Shown here piece after piece: positions 1-12,655 of a stretch of 64,000 nucleotides of DNA. Position numbers and translations under genes: made by a program. The DNA comes from an uncultured bacterium (GTDB taxonomy: Bacteria > Acidobacteriota > Thermoanaerobaculia > Multivoradales > JAHZIX01), in assembly GCA_965368975.1 (NCBI GenBank), contig CBDUPA010000008.1, forward strand, positions 32,001-96,000, read 5' to 3'. Within the stretch, counting starts at the first letter, position 1, and each line of letters begins with the position of its first letter. The notes under the pieces were generated by a model. That model ran no database searches. It saw nothing but the letters and a program-made list of their open reading frames with translations, and was not told the DNA's origin.

Positions 1-2382
1 CGCGCCGAGTTGGCCGCCAGCGAGTTCGACGTCGTGGTCGCCGACTACCGTCTGCCGGATGGCACTGCCAGCGAACTCTTCGGCTGGCAGCTGGAGGCGC
101 CCATCGTGGTCACCACCGGTGCTGGTGGTGAAGAGATCGCGGTCGAGGCGATGCGTGCGGGCGCCTACAACTACATGATCAAGGATACCCGGCGTAACTA
201 CTTGAAGATGTTGCCGATCACGCTCGAGAGCGCGCTGCGCAAGTACCGCGCGGATCGTGAACTCAAGATGCTGTCGCACGCCGTCAAGCGGATCAACGAG
301 TCGGTGTTCATCTGTGACCTCGAGGGACGTGTGATCTACGTCAACGAGGCCTTCTGCCGAACCTATGGTTACAAGCGGGACGACATACTCGGGCAGTTTC
401 GCGACGTTCTCTTCCACGAGCCACCACCGATCGTCGACTTTATCGAGACCGGCGATATTGGTGGCCAGTTCGAGGCGCGCCACCGCCACCGCAGTGGTCG
501 CATCTTCCCGGTGCTGCAGAGCTGTTCGCTGCTGCCCAACCGGCGCGGAGAGCCGATGGCCGAGGTCTTCGTTGTCTGGGACATCACCCACCGCAAGCGC
601 GCGGAGGTGGCGCTCAAGGAGAGCGAAGAGCGCTATGCTCTGGCCGCGCGCGGTGCCAATGACGGCTTGTGGGACTGGAACCTCAAGACCAATCATGTCT
701 ATTTTTCGCCGCGCTGGAAGTCGATGCTGGGCTACGACGACGGCGACATCGGTTGCGAACTGGAAGACTGGTTGCGCTTGGTGCACGCGGACGACAGCGA
801 GTTGCTGCGTAGCCAGTTGCAAGCACACGTCGAGGGCCGGACTTCACAGTTCGAGAACGAGCATCGCTTGCAATGCAAGGACGGCAGTTTCCGCTGGATG
901 TTGTGCCGCGGGCTGGCGGTGCGTCAGGATGGCTCTCTCGCACACCGCATGGCGGGCTCGCAGACCGACATCACCGAGCGCAAGACCGCTGAGCAACGCC
1001 TGCGTTACGAAGCGCTGCACGATGCCCTCACCAGCTTACCCAATCGGAACCTCTTCTTGAGCCGGCTGGAGAGTGCCGTTCGGCAGCTCAAGCGGCGTCA
1101 GGCCTATGCTTTCGCGGTACTGTTCCTCGATCTCGACCGCTTCAAAGTGATCAACGACAGCCTCGGGCACCTGATCGGCGATCGCCTGCTGAACGCCGTG
1201 GCACGCCGCCTCGAAGTCTGCCTGCGCGAAGGCGACATGGTGGCGCGCTTGGGTGGTGACGAGTTCGCCATCCTGTTGGATGACCTTAGCCATGTGCGCG
1301 AAGCGGAGATGGTGGCCGAGCGAATTCTCGCTGAGCTGCAGCGGCCTTTCTCGCTCGTCGGTCAGGAAGTCTACTCCGACGTCAGTATCGGTATCACCTT
1401 GGGGGCCAACCAGGGAGTTGAGGGTGCCGACCGTCTGCCTGACTACGAACGCGCCGAGGAGGTCCTGCGCGATGCCGACACAGCCATGTATCGGGCCAAG
1501 GCCAGCGGTCAGCGACTGCCGGTGCTGTTCGATCCGACCATGCACGCGCATGCGCTCGGCCAGTTGCGCCTGGAGAATGATCTAAGACGGGCCGTCGAGA
1601 TCGGCGAATTCGAACTCTGCTTCCAGCCCATCTTCGAGCTGCAGAGCTGCCGGCTCTGGGGTTTCGAAGCTCTGATCCGCTGGCGCCATGTCGAGAGAGG
1701 GCTGCTGTACCCGAAGGACTTCCTGCCACTGGCCGAGGAAACCGGCCTGATGGAGCGGCTCGGTGCCTGGGTTCTGCGCTCGGCTTGCCAGCAGGTTCAT
1801 GACTGGCGGCAGCGCTTTGCACATGTCAAGGATCTAGCGATCAGTGTCAACATAGCAGCTCAGCAGCTGGCCAGTGACGCTTTTCCAAGTCTGCTCGGTG
1901 AGGTGTTGGCGGCTACCCGGCTGCCACCGGGCAGTCTGTATCTCGAGATCTCCGAAGCCGTCTTGATGGACGATCCGGAGACGGTACACGCAAATCTCTG
2001 CCGCCTGCGCGAGTGCGGTGTACAGTTGCTGATCGATGACTTCGGTACGGGCTACTCGTCGCTCACTCTGCTGCCTCGCTTTCCTCTGCACGGCCTCAAG
2101 ATCGATCAGAGTTTCGTCCATGGCGCGGCCGTCGACAAGGAGCAGCTGGAAGTGCTGCGGACGATGCTGGCGCTGGCCGACAATCTGTCGCTGGCCGTGT
2201 TCGCGGAAGGAATCGAGAGCACCGACCAGCGCCAACTGCTCGAGCAGCAAGGGTGCCGCTTTGGTCAGGGGTTCCTGTTCGCGCATCCGCTATCGGCTGC
2301 TGACGCCGCGCAGCGGCTTTCCGAGACGCAGCCGAGCCAGGGCATCGGGACGCTGGTCGCCGGGGGACTTGGCTCGGTGTGA
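1..2382 (+). CDS. REC-PAS-PAS-GGDEF-EAL diguanylate cyclase/phosphodiesterase (5' truncated by window edge)
   Basis: Frame open from base 1. Receiver motif (DVVVADYRLPDG...AMRAGAYNY), two PAS domains, intact GGDEF, EAL (FEALIRW) and DDFGTGYSS. Confidence 0.95.
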   Translation, partial: RAELAASEFDVVVADYRLPDGTASELFGWQLEAPIVVTTGAGGEEIAVEAMRAGAYNYMIKDTRRNYLKMLPITLESALRKYRADRELKMLSHAVKRINESVFICDLEGRVIYVNEAFCRTYGYKRDDILGQFRDVLFHEPPPIVDFIETGDIGGQFEARHRHRSGRIFPVLQSCSLLPNRRGEPMAEVFVVWDITHRKRAEVALKESEERYALAARGANDGLWDWNLKTNHVYFSPRWKSMLGYDDGDIGCELEDWLRLVHADDSELLRSQLQAHVEGRTSQFENEHRLQCKDGSFRWMLCRGLAVRQDGSLAHRMAGSQTDITERKTAEQRLRYEALHDALTSLPNRNLFLSRLESAVRQLKRRQAYAFAVLFLDLDRFKVINDSLGHLIGDRLLNAVARRLEVCLREGDMVARLGGDEFAILLDDLSHVREAEMVAERILAELQRPFSLVGQEVYSDVSIGITLGANQGVEGADRLPDYERAEEVLRDADTAMYRAKASGQRLPVLFDPTMHAHALGQLRLENDLRRAVEIGEFELCFQPIFELQSCRLWGFEALIRWRHVERGLLYPKDFLPLAEETGLMERLGAWVLRSACQQVHDWRQRFAHVKDLAISVNIAAQQLASDAFPSLLGEVLAATRLPPGSLYLEISEAVLMDDPETVHANLCRLRECGVQLLIDDFGTGYSSLTLLPRFPLHGLKIDQSFVHGAAVDKEQLEVLRTMLALADNLSLAVFAEGIESTDQRQLLEQQGCRFGQGFLFAHPLSAADAAQRLSETQPSQGIGTLVAGGLGSV

Positions 2383-2642
2383 ACGAACTCTGTGTGACTG
2401 TCGGGAATTTGCTGTAGCACTTGTTCCGCCTAACAGTGATATCCTAGGTGCCGAGTTAGGAAGGGACGGTCGCGGAAGGCTAGGCTGAGTTCGGCTGTGC
2501 CGTAGGGCCGTCTGCCTAATGCGTTAACATGTCGTTGAGACCGAGTTGTGCCAGGTCAACGGTTCTGATGCCGACGGATACGCTACCGGGAAGCTGACCG
2601 ACGCCGTTATTCTGTGCAGCTCAGAGTGAAGGGTGCTTCAAG

Positions 2643-3110
2643 ATGCGGGATGCGAGAAAAGGGATGACGCGCGGGATCGCCACCGGGATCTTGCTGTGGA
2701 TTACGGTCGGCTTTGCCAGCCTCCTGTCGGGGCAGCAAAACTCGAACTTCGTAGTCATTGTCAATGCCGAGAATCCGGTGACTTCTCTCGACAAGGGCAC
2801 GATCGCCAAGATGTTCCAGGAGAAGATCAAGTCCTGGCCTGATTGGGATGAGCGAGTCAATCCGGTCGATCTGGATTCCCGCTCTGAAGTTCGGGAAGCT
2901 TTTACCAATGAGGTGCACGGCAAGCGTGTGTCGGCGATCGTTTCCTACTGGCAACGCGTGGTCTTCTCGGGCCGTGGCAAGCCGCCGGCCGAGAAGGACA
3001 CCGAAGAGGAAGTGATCGAGCACGTGAGTTCGAGCCCCGGGGGGATCGGATACGTGTCAGTGGCGACGAGATTGCCCGACGCAGTCAAAGCCGTTACGGT
3101 CACCGACTGA
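2643..3110 (+). CDS. Small periplasmic substrate-binding-like protein (PstS/PBP-like, MCP-associated)
   Basis: Signal peptide; FVVIVN..NPV..L and YW...VFSG.G.PP...V...PG.IGYV pattern typical of this family; directly upstream of an MCP. Confidence 0.75.
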   Translation: MRDARKGMTRGIATGILLWITVGFASLLSGQQNSNFVVIVNAENPVTSLDKGTIAKMFQEKIKSWPDWDERVNPVDLDSRSEVREAFTNEVHGKRVSAIVSYWQRVVFSGRGKPPAEKDTEEEVIEHVSSSPGGIGYVSVATRLPDAVKAVTVTD

Positions 3111-3192
3111 GTGCAGACGGGTACGGAACTCCCCATCACCATCCAGATCCGAGGGTTGAGCAAGGATCGGCTTCTCAGAAAGAAGCCGACAT

Positions 3193-5268
3193 ATGGAGGC
3201 AGGTGTGAACATTCTCTCGAACATGACCTTGGGCCGGCGTATTCAGCTGATCGTGATCATCGCCGCGGTGGCCTTCGCAGTCGTCCTGGCTTTCAACTAC
3301 TTCTCCTACCAACAGGAGCAGGAGTTGGCGCGCGATGTCTACACGACCAAAGAAGTTGCCGTCACGGCCACGGATGGGGAAGCTGGGGACGATGCCGCGG
3401 AAGCGACCACGCGTACCTTGCAGGTCGGCTTTGTCGAGGCTCTGGAGCTGACCCACGCGCTGCGCGAGGATCTCGACGCAATCAAGGTCCGCTTCACCGA
3501 CTACGCACAGGGCTTCGAAGATCAGAGCTACATCGAAGAGCCAAAGGACGAGTTCCTGTCCCACATTGAGGATGGCCTGGAGAATCCCGAGGTCGATCCG
3601 AAACGTCTGGATGAACTCAGAGACAGCTTCAACGCCTACTACAGTCAGGCCCTGGCGCTTGGTCAATTGATGCTCACCAATGCGGATGCAGACGAGGTCA
3701 GCGCTGCCTCGACCGACCAGTTGAACCGCCTCAATGGTGAGGTTTCCACCATGGCCGACGAGCTCAACACCGATCTGCTGCAGTTCAGCGCTGACATGAA
3801 GGCGCAGCTGCAGCAGGTGCTGGTCTCTGCCCAGGATCGGCGCCAGTTCAACATGAGCATCACCATTGGTGTGATCCTTGCCGCGGCGCTCCTGATGCTC
3901 GGCCTGTCGCAGTTTGTCGCCCGCTCGGTCACCAGCGCAGTGGGCCAGGCCGCGGAAGTGGCCGACCGGCTGTCGCAGGGTGACATGAGCAGCCAGATCG
4001 AGGTGACGTCCAAGGATGAGGTGGGTGCACTGCTCGAGGCGATGCGCAACATGCTCGACTATCTGCACGAGGCTGAGGGTGTTGCCAACGCCATCGCCAG
4101 GGGCGACCTGACCGTCGAGGTGCAGCCGCGCTCCGAGGCGGACAGCTTCGGCAACGCCTTCCTCGAGATGGTACGGAACCTGCGGCGCACTATCGGCAAC
4201 GTCAAGGAAGCCGCGTCGCAGGTCGCTTCGTCGGCGGATGAGATCTCAGCCTCGTCGATCCAGATCACCGATGGTGCCAAGACGCAGAGTACGTCCACCG
4301 AAGAAACGTCGGCCACCATGGTCGAGATGGCGGCGCAGATCGACAGCGTTGCGCAATCGTCCTCGGCCCTGGCGGAGAATGTCGACCAGACGTCCGCCTC
4401 GATCCAGGAGATGGGCGTGTCGATCGAGCAAGTGGCCCGTAGCGCCGAAGAGCTGCTCTCCTCGGTGGAGGAGACCTCGGCGACGATCGAAGAGATGACC
4501 GCGTCGATCAACTCGATCGAGCAGAAGGTCAAGGTCGTCGACAGCGTTTCTCAGGAGGCCGCTCGTCAAGCTGCGGCGGGTGGCGAGGAGCTGTCGCAGG
4601 TGATCATGGGCATCGGCGAGTCTTCGAAAGACATTGGCAAGATCGTCAGGATCATCGAAGACATTGCCGACCAGACCAACCTGCTGGCGCTCAACGCAGC
4701 TATCGAGGCCGCGCACGCCGGCGATGCCGGCAAGGGCTTCGCGGTGGTCGCGGAAGAGGTCAAGCGTCTGGCTGAGCGGTCGGTGAACTCGATCCGTGAG
4801 ATCTCCGGCTTCACCGACCGGGTACAGAGCGATACGCAGCAGGCTGTCGACCTGACGCGCCGGGTGCTCGACGACATCGTCGGCTCGGTGAAGAAGACCA
4901 CCGATCTGGTGGCCGAGGTCTACTCGGCGACGCAAGAGCAGAGCAGCGGCGCCGCACAGATCGTTTCGACCGCCACCAACATGCAGCACGTCACGCGTCA
5001 GCTGGCCTTCGCCGCCAAGGAGCAGGCCAACGGTGCCGGCGAAATCATGAAGGCGGTCGATGTCATGAACCGCATGACGCAGCAGGTCGCCGACGGTTCA
5101 CGCGAGCAGAAGCAGGGCGGCGACCTGGTGGTCAAGGCGGTGGAACGGATTGCTCAGGTGGCGCAGCAGAACCTGACGTCCGCTGAACAGCTGTCGAAGG
5201 CCACGATGGCCCTGGCCAACGAGGCCGACCGCCTGCAGAAGATGTCCGAGGTCTTCGAGCTGGCGTAG
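3193..5268 (+). CDS. Methyl-accepting chemotaxis protein
   Basis: Two TM segments, HAMP domains, signalling hairpin [37 protein letters not shown]. Confidence 0.95.
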   Translation: MEAGVNILSNMTLGRRIQLIVIIAAVAFAVVLAFNYFSYQQEQELARDVYTTKEVAVTATDGEAGDDAAEATTRTLQVGFVEALELTHALREDLDAIKVRFTDYAQGFEDQSYIEEPKDEFLSHIEDGLENPEVDPKRLDELRDSFNAYYSQALALGQLMLTNADADEVSAASTDQLNRLNGEVSTMADELNTDLLQFSADMKAQLQQVLVSAQDRRQFNMSITIGVILAAALLMLGLSQFVARSVTSAVGQAAEVADRLSQGDMSSQIEVTSKDEVGALLEAMRNMLDYLHEAEGVANAIARGDLTVEVQPRSEADSFGNAFLEMVRNLRRTIGNVKEAASQVASSADEISASSIQITDGAKTQSTSTEETSATMVEMAAQIDSVAQSSSALAENVDQTSASIQEMGVSIEQVARSAEELLSSVEETSATIEEMTASINSIEQKVKVVDSVSQEAARQAAAGGEELSQVIMGIGESSKDIGKIVRIIEDIADQTNLLALNAAIEAAHAGDAGKGFAVVAEEVKRLAERSVNSIREISGFTDRVQSDTQQAVDLTRRVLDDIVGSVKKTTDLVAEVYSATQEQSSGAAQIVSTATNMQHVTRQLAFAAKEQANGAGEIMKAVDVMNRMTQQVADGSREQKQGGDLVVKAVERIAQVAQQNLTSAEQLSKATMALANEADRLQKMSEVFELA

Positions 5269-5306
5269 GACTGTCGCCAGTCGGGGTTCTCTGCATCCCT
5301 CGCCCA

Positions 5307-5332
5307 GGGCACCCACAGTGGGGTGCCCTGAC
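5307..5332 (-). repeat. Degenerate single REP-like palindrome
   Basis: GGGCACCCACAGTGGGGTGCCCTGAC is nearly identical to the REP at 28861-28886; lies between convergent genes. Confidence 0.6.
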
Positions 5333-5342
5333 GTACAGGAGT

Positions 5343-6551
5343 TCAGCCCGCGACCGCGACCTCGATGCCGGCTGTCTTGGCCGCCGCGTCGAGAGACCCG
5401 GCCAGATCACGGCGCAGGTCGTCGACGTTCTCGATACCGACTGAGATGCGCACCAGGCCCGGGTCGACGGCCATCGATTCGTCGTCCACCGAGGCGTGGG
5501 TCATCACCGCCGGTACCTCGATCAGTGACTCGACGCCGCCCAGCGACTCGGCCAGCGTGAACAGGTGCGTCTGTTCCGCGACCACGCAGGCCGCATCCTT
5601 GCCACCGCGTACCACGAAGCTGACGATGCCGCCACCACCACGCATCTGGCGTCGTGCCAGGGCATGGTCGGGGTGATTCTCGAGGAACGGGTAGATGACC
5701 TCCTCGACCAGCGGGTGGGCCTCCAGGAAGCCGGCCAGTTCGAGTGCGCTGTCGCTGTGGGCCTTCATGCGCAGGGCCAGCGTCTTGATGCCGCGCAGGG
5801 TCAGGAAGCAATCCATTGGGCCGGGGATGGCGCCTATGGCATTCTGCAGGAACTTGACGCGCTCGTAGGTCTCGGTGTCGTTGAACACCACCGCACCGCC
5901 GACCACGTCGGAGTGGCCACCGAGGTACTTGGTCGTGCTGTGGACCACCAGGTCCGCACCCAGCGTCAGCGGCTGCTGCAGGGCTGGCGAGGCGAAGGTG
6001 TTGTCGACGGCCAGGTGGATGCCTTGTCCGCGCGTCAGTTTGGCGATCGACTCGATGTCGGTCAGCTTGAGCAGCGGGTTGGTGGGCGTCTCGAGCCAGA
6101 TCATGCGCGTCTCGGGACGGATAGCGGCCGCTACCGCCTCCAGGTTCCGGGTATCGACGAAGCTGACGTCGATACCGTGGTGGTGCCGAATGATCTTGTC
6201 GAACAGGCGATAGGTGCCGCCATAGACGTCATTGCCGGACAGCAAGTGGTCGCCGGGCTTGAGCAGCCGCATCAGCGTGTCGATGGCCGCCATGCCCGAG
6301 GCGAAGGCGAGGCCGTAGCGGCCGCCTTCGAGGTTCGCTAGGGCTGCTTGCAGTGCCGTGCGTGTGGGGTTGTCGGTGCGCGAGTATTCGTAGCCGGTAT
6401 GTTGGCCCACGCGCGGCTGGGCGTAGGTGGAATTCAGGAACACCGGGGTCATCAGGGCACCGGTGCGAGAGTCGTGCTCGACGCCGGCGTGGACCGCCAG
6501 CGATTCGAACTGGACGTCGTCGAGGAGAGTCGTGTCCAGGCGTTCAGTCAT
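5343..6551 (-). CDS. metB: Cystathionine gamma-lyase/synthase (Cys/Met metabolism PLP enzyme)
   Basis: YEYSRTDNPT, ETPTNP, HSTTKYLGGHSD (PLP lysine), LAESLGGVESL. Confidence 0.9.
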   Translation of the reverse strand: MTERLDTTLLDDVQFESLAVHAGVEHDSRTGALMTPVFLNSTYAQPRVGQHTGYEYSRTDNPTRTALQAALANLEGGRYGLAFASGMAAIDTLMRLLKPGDHLLSGNDVYGGTYRLFDKIIRHHHGIDVSFVDTRNLEAVAAAIRPETRMIWLETPTNPLLKLTDIESIAKLTRGQGIHLAVDNTFASPALQQPLTLGADLVVHSTTKYLGGHSDVVGGAVVFNDTETYERVKFLQNAIGAIPGPMDCFLTLRGIKTLALRMKAHSDSALELAGFLEAHPLVEEVIYPFLENHPDHALARRQMRGGGGIVSFVVRGGKDAACVVAEQTHLFTLAESLGGVESLIEVPAVMTHASVDDESMAVDPGLVRISVGIENVDDLRRDLAGSLDAAAKTAGIEVAVAG

Positions 6552-6645
6552 GGGGAATCCTCCAACTCAGGCGATCCGAAAGCAGACCGCCGCAGATAAG
6601 CGGCAAGCATACCGCAACCCCTCGAGGCCGCGGTCCGATCGGGGC

Positions 6646-8355
6646 TCAGAACGATTCTTTGGTTGAGATCAACCACTGCACATTGTCGATCGAGTCATCG
6701 CCTCCAAGTGGGAAGGCGACATCCAGGTGCAGCATGGAACCGAAGCCGGAGCGGCTGGACGACAGCCGCAAGCCGAAGCCGACATCGGTCAGCCAGCCTT
6801 GATCGAACTCGGTTTCGTTGCCACTGAACCAGGCTCGCCCGACATCCAAGAAAACCGCCCCGCCGACGCGCGCCAGACGGAATGGATGCCAGTCTGTGAA
6901 CAGCCGCTGTTCGAGCGTCAGGAGCAGGCGGCGGTCGCCGTCCTGGTAGCGCAGCGGATAGCCACGCAAGCCACTATCGCCGCCCAACAAGAGCTGGTTC
7001 TCCGGGTCTCGGTTCTCCATCAAGTCGGCCTCCAGCGTGGCGAAGAACACTTGGTGCTGGTTCATGCGCAGGTAGTACCGCAGAGCCCCGCCGAGGTGCA
7101 GGTTCTCGACTCCGCTGTCGCTCCAGCGCGCTGATGCGTACGTCTGTACCTGCAGGAGATGATCGTCCCGTGGCACCGTCGAAAAGCTGAACGCACCGGA
7201 AGTGATCAGGCGATCCTCGTCACTGCCCAGGAGGGTTGGGGACAGGCCCAGTCGCAGATCGACCTTGCGTCCCAGTTCCAGGTCTTCGGTGCGCCCGATG
7301 CGGTTGAGGTTGCGCGTCTCACGGTAGCGATTCTGCACGCTCTGGAAGCCGATCCAGGGGTAGGAGAGAGTGCGGTCTTCGAGTACGGTCGTCGGTTCTG
7401 GCTTACCTTGAGCACGCCCGAAGCGATCCTCGAGGTAGGTGAACCCGAAGAGCCAGCGATGCGAGGTGTCGCCCTGCAAACCGTTGGAACGACCCCAGAA
7501 GGCGTCGATATAGGTCTGTCGGTGACGAAACTCGTCCACCTCTTCGCCCAGTTGGTAGATGGGGTCGACGCGGTCGAGATCGTGTGCCTCGAAGCCGGCC
7601 GCCCAGTGCTCTTGTAGCGATACGAACGGTCTCAGAACTTGTACGAAGTGCTTGAAGCCGTCGCTGTTGTCCTGGTAACTGGTTTCCAACTGCACTTTGC
7701 GGCCGCCGACGTTCGGGTCGCGGTAGCGCACGAGGTAGCTGGTGCGGTCGACGTCCTCGGAGCGCTTGAGTGTGAGCTCCTTGCCGGTGCCGAGGAAGTT
7801 GCTGTCCTCGAGCTCGACCCGGGTCTCGTTCTCGCCACCGCTGCGGGCGATCGACAGGCCGACCTTGAGCGTCCAGACGTCGCGGGTGACCACGACCAGA
7901 TCGACGACGTTGGTTTCCTCGTCGTACGCGATGGCTCGGATCTGGGCGTCGTAGAGATAGCGCTGCGAGCGCAAGATACGCTCGCTTTCGTCGCTCAGGT
8001 AGCGGCTGTAGGGATCGCCGGCTTCGAACAGCAGCAGCTGCAGGATGACACGCTGCCGCGTCTTGATGTGCAGGCGGTTGGCGAGCGTGTAGAGGCGGTA
8101 GTTCTCCGCAGGATCGGAGGGGTCGAAGATGTCGCCGCCACTGATCTCGATGCGACCGATCGTGGCGCCGTACTGCTCCAGATCCTCCGGTGAGGGGAGC
8201 TGGGGTTGCGTTTCCGCAGTGGCTTCGGCTCTCGTTGGCTCTGTGGCGACGGACGCTGGCGTAGTTGTAGGCACTGTAGCTGGCGCCGCGGCCAGCCAGG
8301 AGAGCAGGAGAAAGGGGGCGAGAAGGGATGGCACGCTTGGAATCGGGGCAATCAC
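6646..8355 (-). CDS. Omp85/BamA-TamA family outer-membrane protein with POTRA domain
   Basis: Signal peptide, POTRA-like segment (ESERILRSQRYL), LGGDSGLRGY loop-6 motif, C-terminal Phe. Confidence 0.85.
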   Translation of the reverse strand: MIAPIPSVPSLLAPFLLLSWLAAAPATVPTTTPASVATEPTRAEATAETQPQLPSPEDLEQYGATIGRIEISGGDIFDPSDPAENYRLYTLANRLHIKTRQRVILQLLLFEAGDPYSRYLSDESERILRSQRYLYDAQIRAIAYDEETNVVDLVVVTRDVWTLKVGLSIARSGGENETRVELEDSNFLGTGKELTLKRSEDVDRTSYLVRYRDPNVGGRKVQLETSYQDNSDGFKHFVQVLRPFVSLQEHWAAGFEAHDLDRVDPIYQLGEEVDEFRHRQTYIDAFWGRSNGLQGDTSHRWLFGFTYLEDRFGRAQGKPEPTTVLEDRTLSYPWIGFQSVQNRYRETRNLNRIGRTEDLELGRKVDLRLGLSPTLLGSDEDRLITSGAFSFSTVPRDDHLLQVQTYASARWSDSGVENLHLGGALRYYLRMNQHQVFFATLEADLMENRDPENQLLLGGDSGLRGYPLRYQDGDRRLLLTLEQRLFTDWHPFRLARVGGAVFLDVGRAWFSGNETEFDQGWLTDVGFGLRLSSSRSGFGSMLHLDVAFPLGGDDSIDNVQWLISTKESF

Positions 8356-8433
8356 AATGCTATTTTGACATGATTAGCCTGCGATCCCAAGCGTGATCAG
8401 CAGCTCCGGCCACGCTAGGAGAGGCCGGAGTGC

Positions 8434-9450
8434 TCAAGCTGACTCGGCGACCTCGACCGCGGTGTTCTCGTCGACGTCTTCGAGCAGCCCTTTCTCGCGC
8501 ATCCACTCGTGCGTGAACTTGGAGAGATAGCGTTCTCCGGAGTCCGGGAACAGCGTTACCACCAGCGCATCGGCGTCCAACTCGCGGGCCACCTGGCGGG
8601 CACCCGCGGCGGCTGCGCCTGCCGAGGAGCCGCCAAAGATGGACTCCTTGCGGGCCAGCTCAAAGGCCGTATGGTAGGCCGTGTGGTCGTCGATGCTGAC
8701 GACGTCGTCGATGTAGTCCCACCACACGGTGGTCGGAAGGAAGTCTTCGCCGATACCATCGATCAGGTAGCCGTGGATCTTGTCGGCGGGCGGCATCTCG
8801 CCGGTCTTGCGGTAGTGCGCGTAGACGCTACCGACGGTATCGACACCGATCACCTGGATGTCCGGATTCTGCTCCTTCAGGTACTTGCCCGTGCCGCTGA
8901 TCGTACCGCCGGTACCCATGCCGGCCACCCAGTGGGTGATCTTACCGTCGGTCTGACGCCAGATCTCCGGGCCGGTGGTGCGGTAATGCGCTTCCGGGTT
9001 GGCCTGGTTGTAGTACTGATAGGGCAGATACGCGCCCTCCTCGTCACGGATGCGCTCGGCCACCTTGTAGTACGAGCGTGGATCATCGGCCTCGACGTTC
9101 ACCGGGCACAGGTGCACCTCGACGCCGAAGGCCTCGAGCATGGCTACCTTCTCTTTCGGAATCTTCTCCGCCGCGGTGCAGATCAGCTTGTAGCCCTTGA
9201 GGTTGGCCGCCATCGCCAGTCCCAGGCCGGTATTGCCGGAGGTCGGTTCGACGATGGTGCCGCCCGGCTTGAGCAGGCCAGCCTTCTCGCCAGCTTCGAT
9301 CAGTGCCGGACCGATCCGGTCTTTGACACTGCCACCGGGGTTGCAGGATTCGATCTTGGCGGCCAGCTGGGCGCCCTCGGGGCTGAAGCGTCCGAGGCGT
9401 ACCAGCGGCGTGTTGCCAAGAAGTTCGAGAATGTTGTCGTAGATGTCCAT
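8434..9450 (-). CDS. Cysteine synthase / cystathionine beta-synthase family
   Basis: GNTPLVRL, NPGGSVKDRIG (PLP Lys), EPTSGNTG, GMGTGGT, FPDSGERYLSK. Confidence 0.92.
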   Translation of the reverse strand: MDIYDNILELLGNTPLVRLGRFSPEGAQLAAKIESCNPGGSVKDRIGPALIEAGEKAGLLKPGGTIVEPTSGNTGLGLAMAANLKGYKLICTAAEKIPKEKVAMLEAFGVEVHLCPVNVEADDPRSYYKVAERIRDEEGAYLPYQYYNQANPEAHYRTTGPEIWRQTDGKITHWVAGMGTGGTISGTGKYLKEQNPDIQVIGVDTVGSVYAHYRKTGEMPPADKIHGYLIDGIGEDFLPTTVWWDYIDDVVSIDDHTAYHTAFELARKESIFGGSSAGAAAAGARQVARELDADALVVTLFPDSGERYLSKFTHEWMREKGLLEDVDENTAVEVAESA

Positions 9451-9483
9451 GGGGCGAGTTGTTCCAGTCCGTCTCTTGCTTGA

Positions 9484-10965
<1,482 letters not shown>

Positions 10966-11075
10966 GCGCCGCCCGCCTAGATAGGTGCCCGCCTCGTCGG
11001 GCCCCGAGCCTGCCGCGGAGCAGTGCTCAGGCGCGAAGGGGGGGGCGGTGCATAGGGAGCGCCTGAAGCTCCGGT

Positions 11076-11525
11076 TCAGTCTTGCTCTTCCGACCGCACT
11101 GTCACGACCGGGCACTCGGCATGGTGGATGACACGCTGGGCCGTACTGCCGAACACCAGCTGGCCAACGCTGCCGTAGCCGTGGGTGGCCATTACGATCA
11201 TGTCGGCACCGTGGTCGCGCGCGCACCTCAGGATCTCACGATGCGGCACACCAACATGGACGCAGGTCTCGACTTTGATGTCCTGTAGGTGGTCGCTGCC
11301 GTACGTGTCGAGGCTCTCTTCGGCGGTCTTGCAATGGCTCTCGAGCACGGTGTCCCGGTCGAGGTCAGTGGCACCGTACAGGATCGGTGGTAGACGGTCT
11401 TCCACCACGTAGAGCAGGACGACGCGGGCGTCGAGATTGCGTGCCAAGCGACCGGCGGCGTGGACGCCAGCGAGGGCAGCGGGGGAGAAGTCGGTGGTGA
11501 CGAGCAGCGTCTTGAAATCGGACAT
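11076..11525 (-). CDS. Universal stress protein (single domain)
   Basis: LLVTTDFS...IVMATHG...FGSTAQRV...CPV. Confidence 0.92.
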   Translation of the reverse strand: MSDFKTLLVTTDFSPAALAGVHAAGRLARNLDARVVLLYVVEDRLPPILYGATDLDRDTVLESHCKTAEESLDTYGSDHLQDIKVETCVHVGVPHREILRCARDHGADMIVMATHGYGSVGQLVFGSTAQRVIHHAECPVVTVRSEEQD

Positions 11526-11725
11526 GGTGAGCCTCCTGTCGTTTCACCTTAGAGGGATCGGGCTTCGATGTCCCCACCCGCCGCGGGGAGTCGATACGCC
11601 TACCCATATGGATAGGGCGAGGCCGGATCAGTGGGGGGAGGAGTGAAGTGCGAGACGTGGCATACTGAGTTCGACCGCTTGCAACTACCGCGGTCTCTCG
11701 CTTACGCTCGGACGGAGGTGAAATC

Positions 11726-12655
11726 ATGAAAGCGATCAAGAAGATTCTGTTCCCTACCGACTTCTCCGACTGCGCCAACCAGGCTTTGCCGCATGCGGTT
11801 TTCCTGGCGGAGCAATTCGGGGCCGAGCTGCACATGCTGCATGCGCTGCTGCTGCACGACGAAGATCCCAACAATCCACTGTACAATTTCCCGCAGCCTG
11901 ATGAGGTGTACCGCACTGTTGCGGCGACGGCCGAGAGCCGGATGGGGGAACTTCTGAGGTCGCATCGCTCCGACCAGTTGGTGGTGCGCGAGGTACAGCG
12001 CCGCGGTCTGGCGCCAGGGGTGGTCATCCTGGAATATGCGCAAGAGGCGAGCGTCGATCTGGTGGTCATGGCGACTCACGGCCGCCGCGGCCTCGGGCGC
12101 TTGTTCCTGGGCAGTGTAGCCGAGGAAGTCGTGCGTCTCGCTCCATGCCCGGTCTTGTGTCTACATGGTGAGGAAGCCGCGCGCTCGGTCGATAGCTTCG
12201 ACACGATCCTGGTGCCGGTCGACTTCTCCGACTACTCGCGCCGTGCGTTGCAAGAGGCGATCGAGCTGGCGGATGTGTACGGTTCGAAGCTGCACCTGCT
12301 GCACGTGTTGCAGCAACCCGTGTATCCGCAGGTGTACTATCCCGGCACCAGCGCAGTGCTGGCCTTTGACTACGCCGAAGTCAGTGCCCAGGCTAAGAAG
12401 GGGCTTGTCGATCTGATCGAGGAGTACCCGGAGCTACAGGGGCGCACGGAAGCGTTCGTGCTGGAGGGATACCCGGCGACCGCGATTGCCGAGCACGTCA
12501 AGAAGCACGACGTCGATCTGGTTGTCATTTCGACCCACGGTTTGACGGGATTGAGCCACCTGCTCCTGGGCAGTGTCGCCGAGCGTGTGGTGCGCATGGC
12601 CGAGTGCCCGGTGCTGACGGTCAAAGTTGTCGAGCCGAGCGACGCCGAAGCCTGA
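11726..12655 (+). CDS. Universal stress protein (tandem domains)
   Basis: Two USP repeats (ILFPTDFS / ILVPVDFS; THG..GL..L.LGSVAE.VVR.A.CPVL); GGAGGTG RBS. Confidence 0.95.
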   Translation: MKAIKKILFPTDFSDCANQALPHAVFLAEQFGAELHMLHALLLHDEDPNNPLYNFPQPDEVYRTVAATAESRMGELLRSHRSDQLVVREVQRRGLAPGVVILEYAQEASVDLVVMATHGRRGLGRLFLGSVAEEVVRLAPCPVLCLHGEEAARSVDSFDTILVPVDFSDYSRRALQEAIELADVYGSKLHLLHVLQQPVYPQVYYPGTSAVLAFDYAEVSAQAKKGLVDLIEEYPELQGRTEAFVLEGYPATAIAEHVKKHDVDLVVISTHGLTGLSHLLLGSVAERVVRMAECPVLTVKVVEPSDAEA

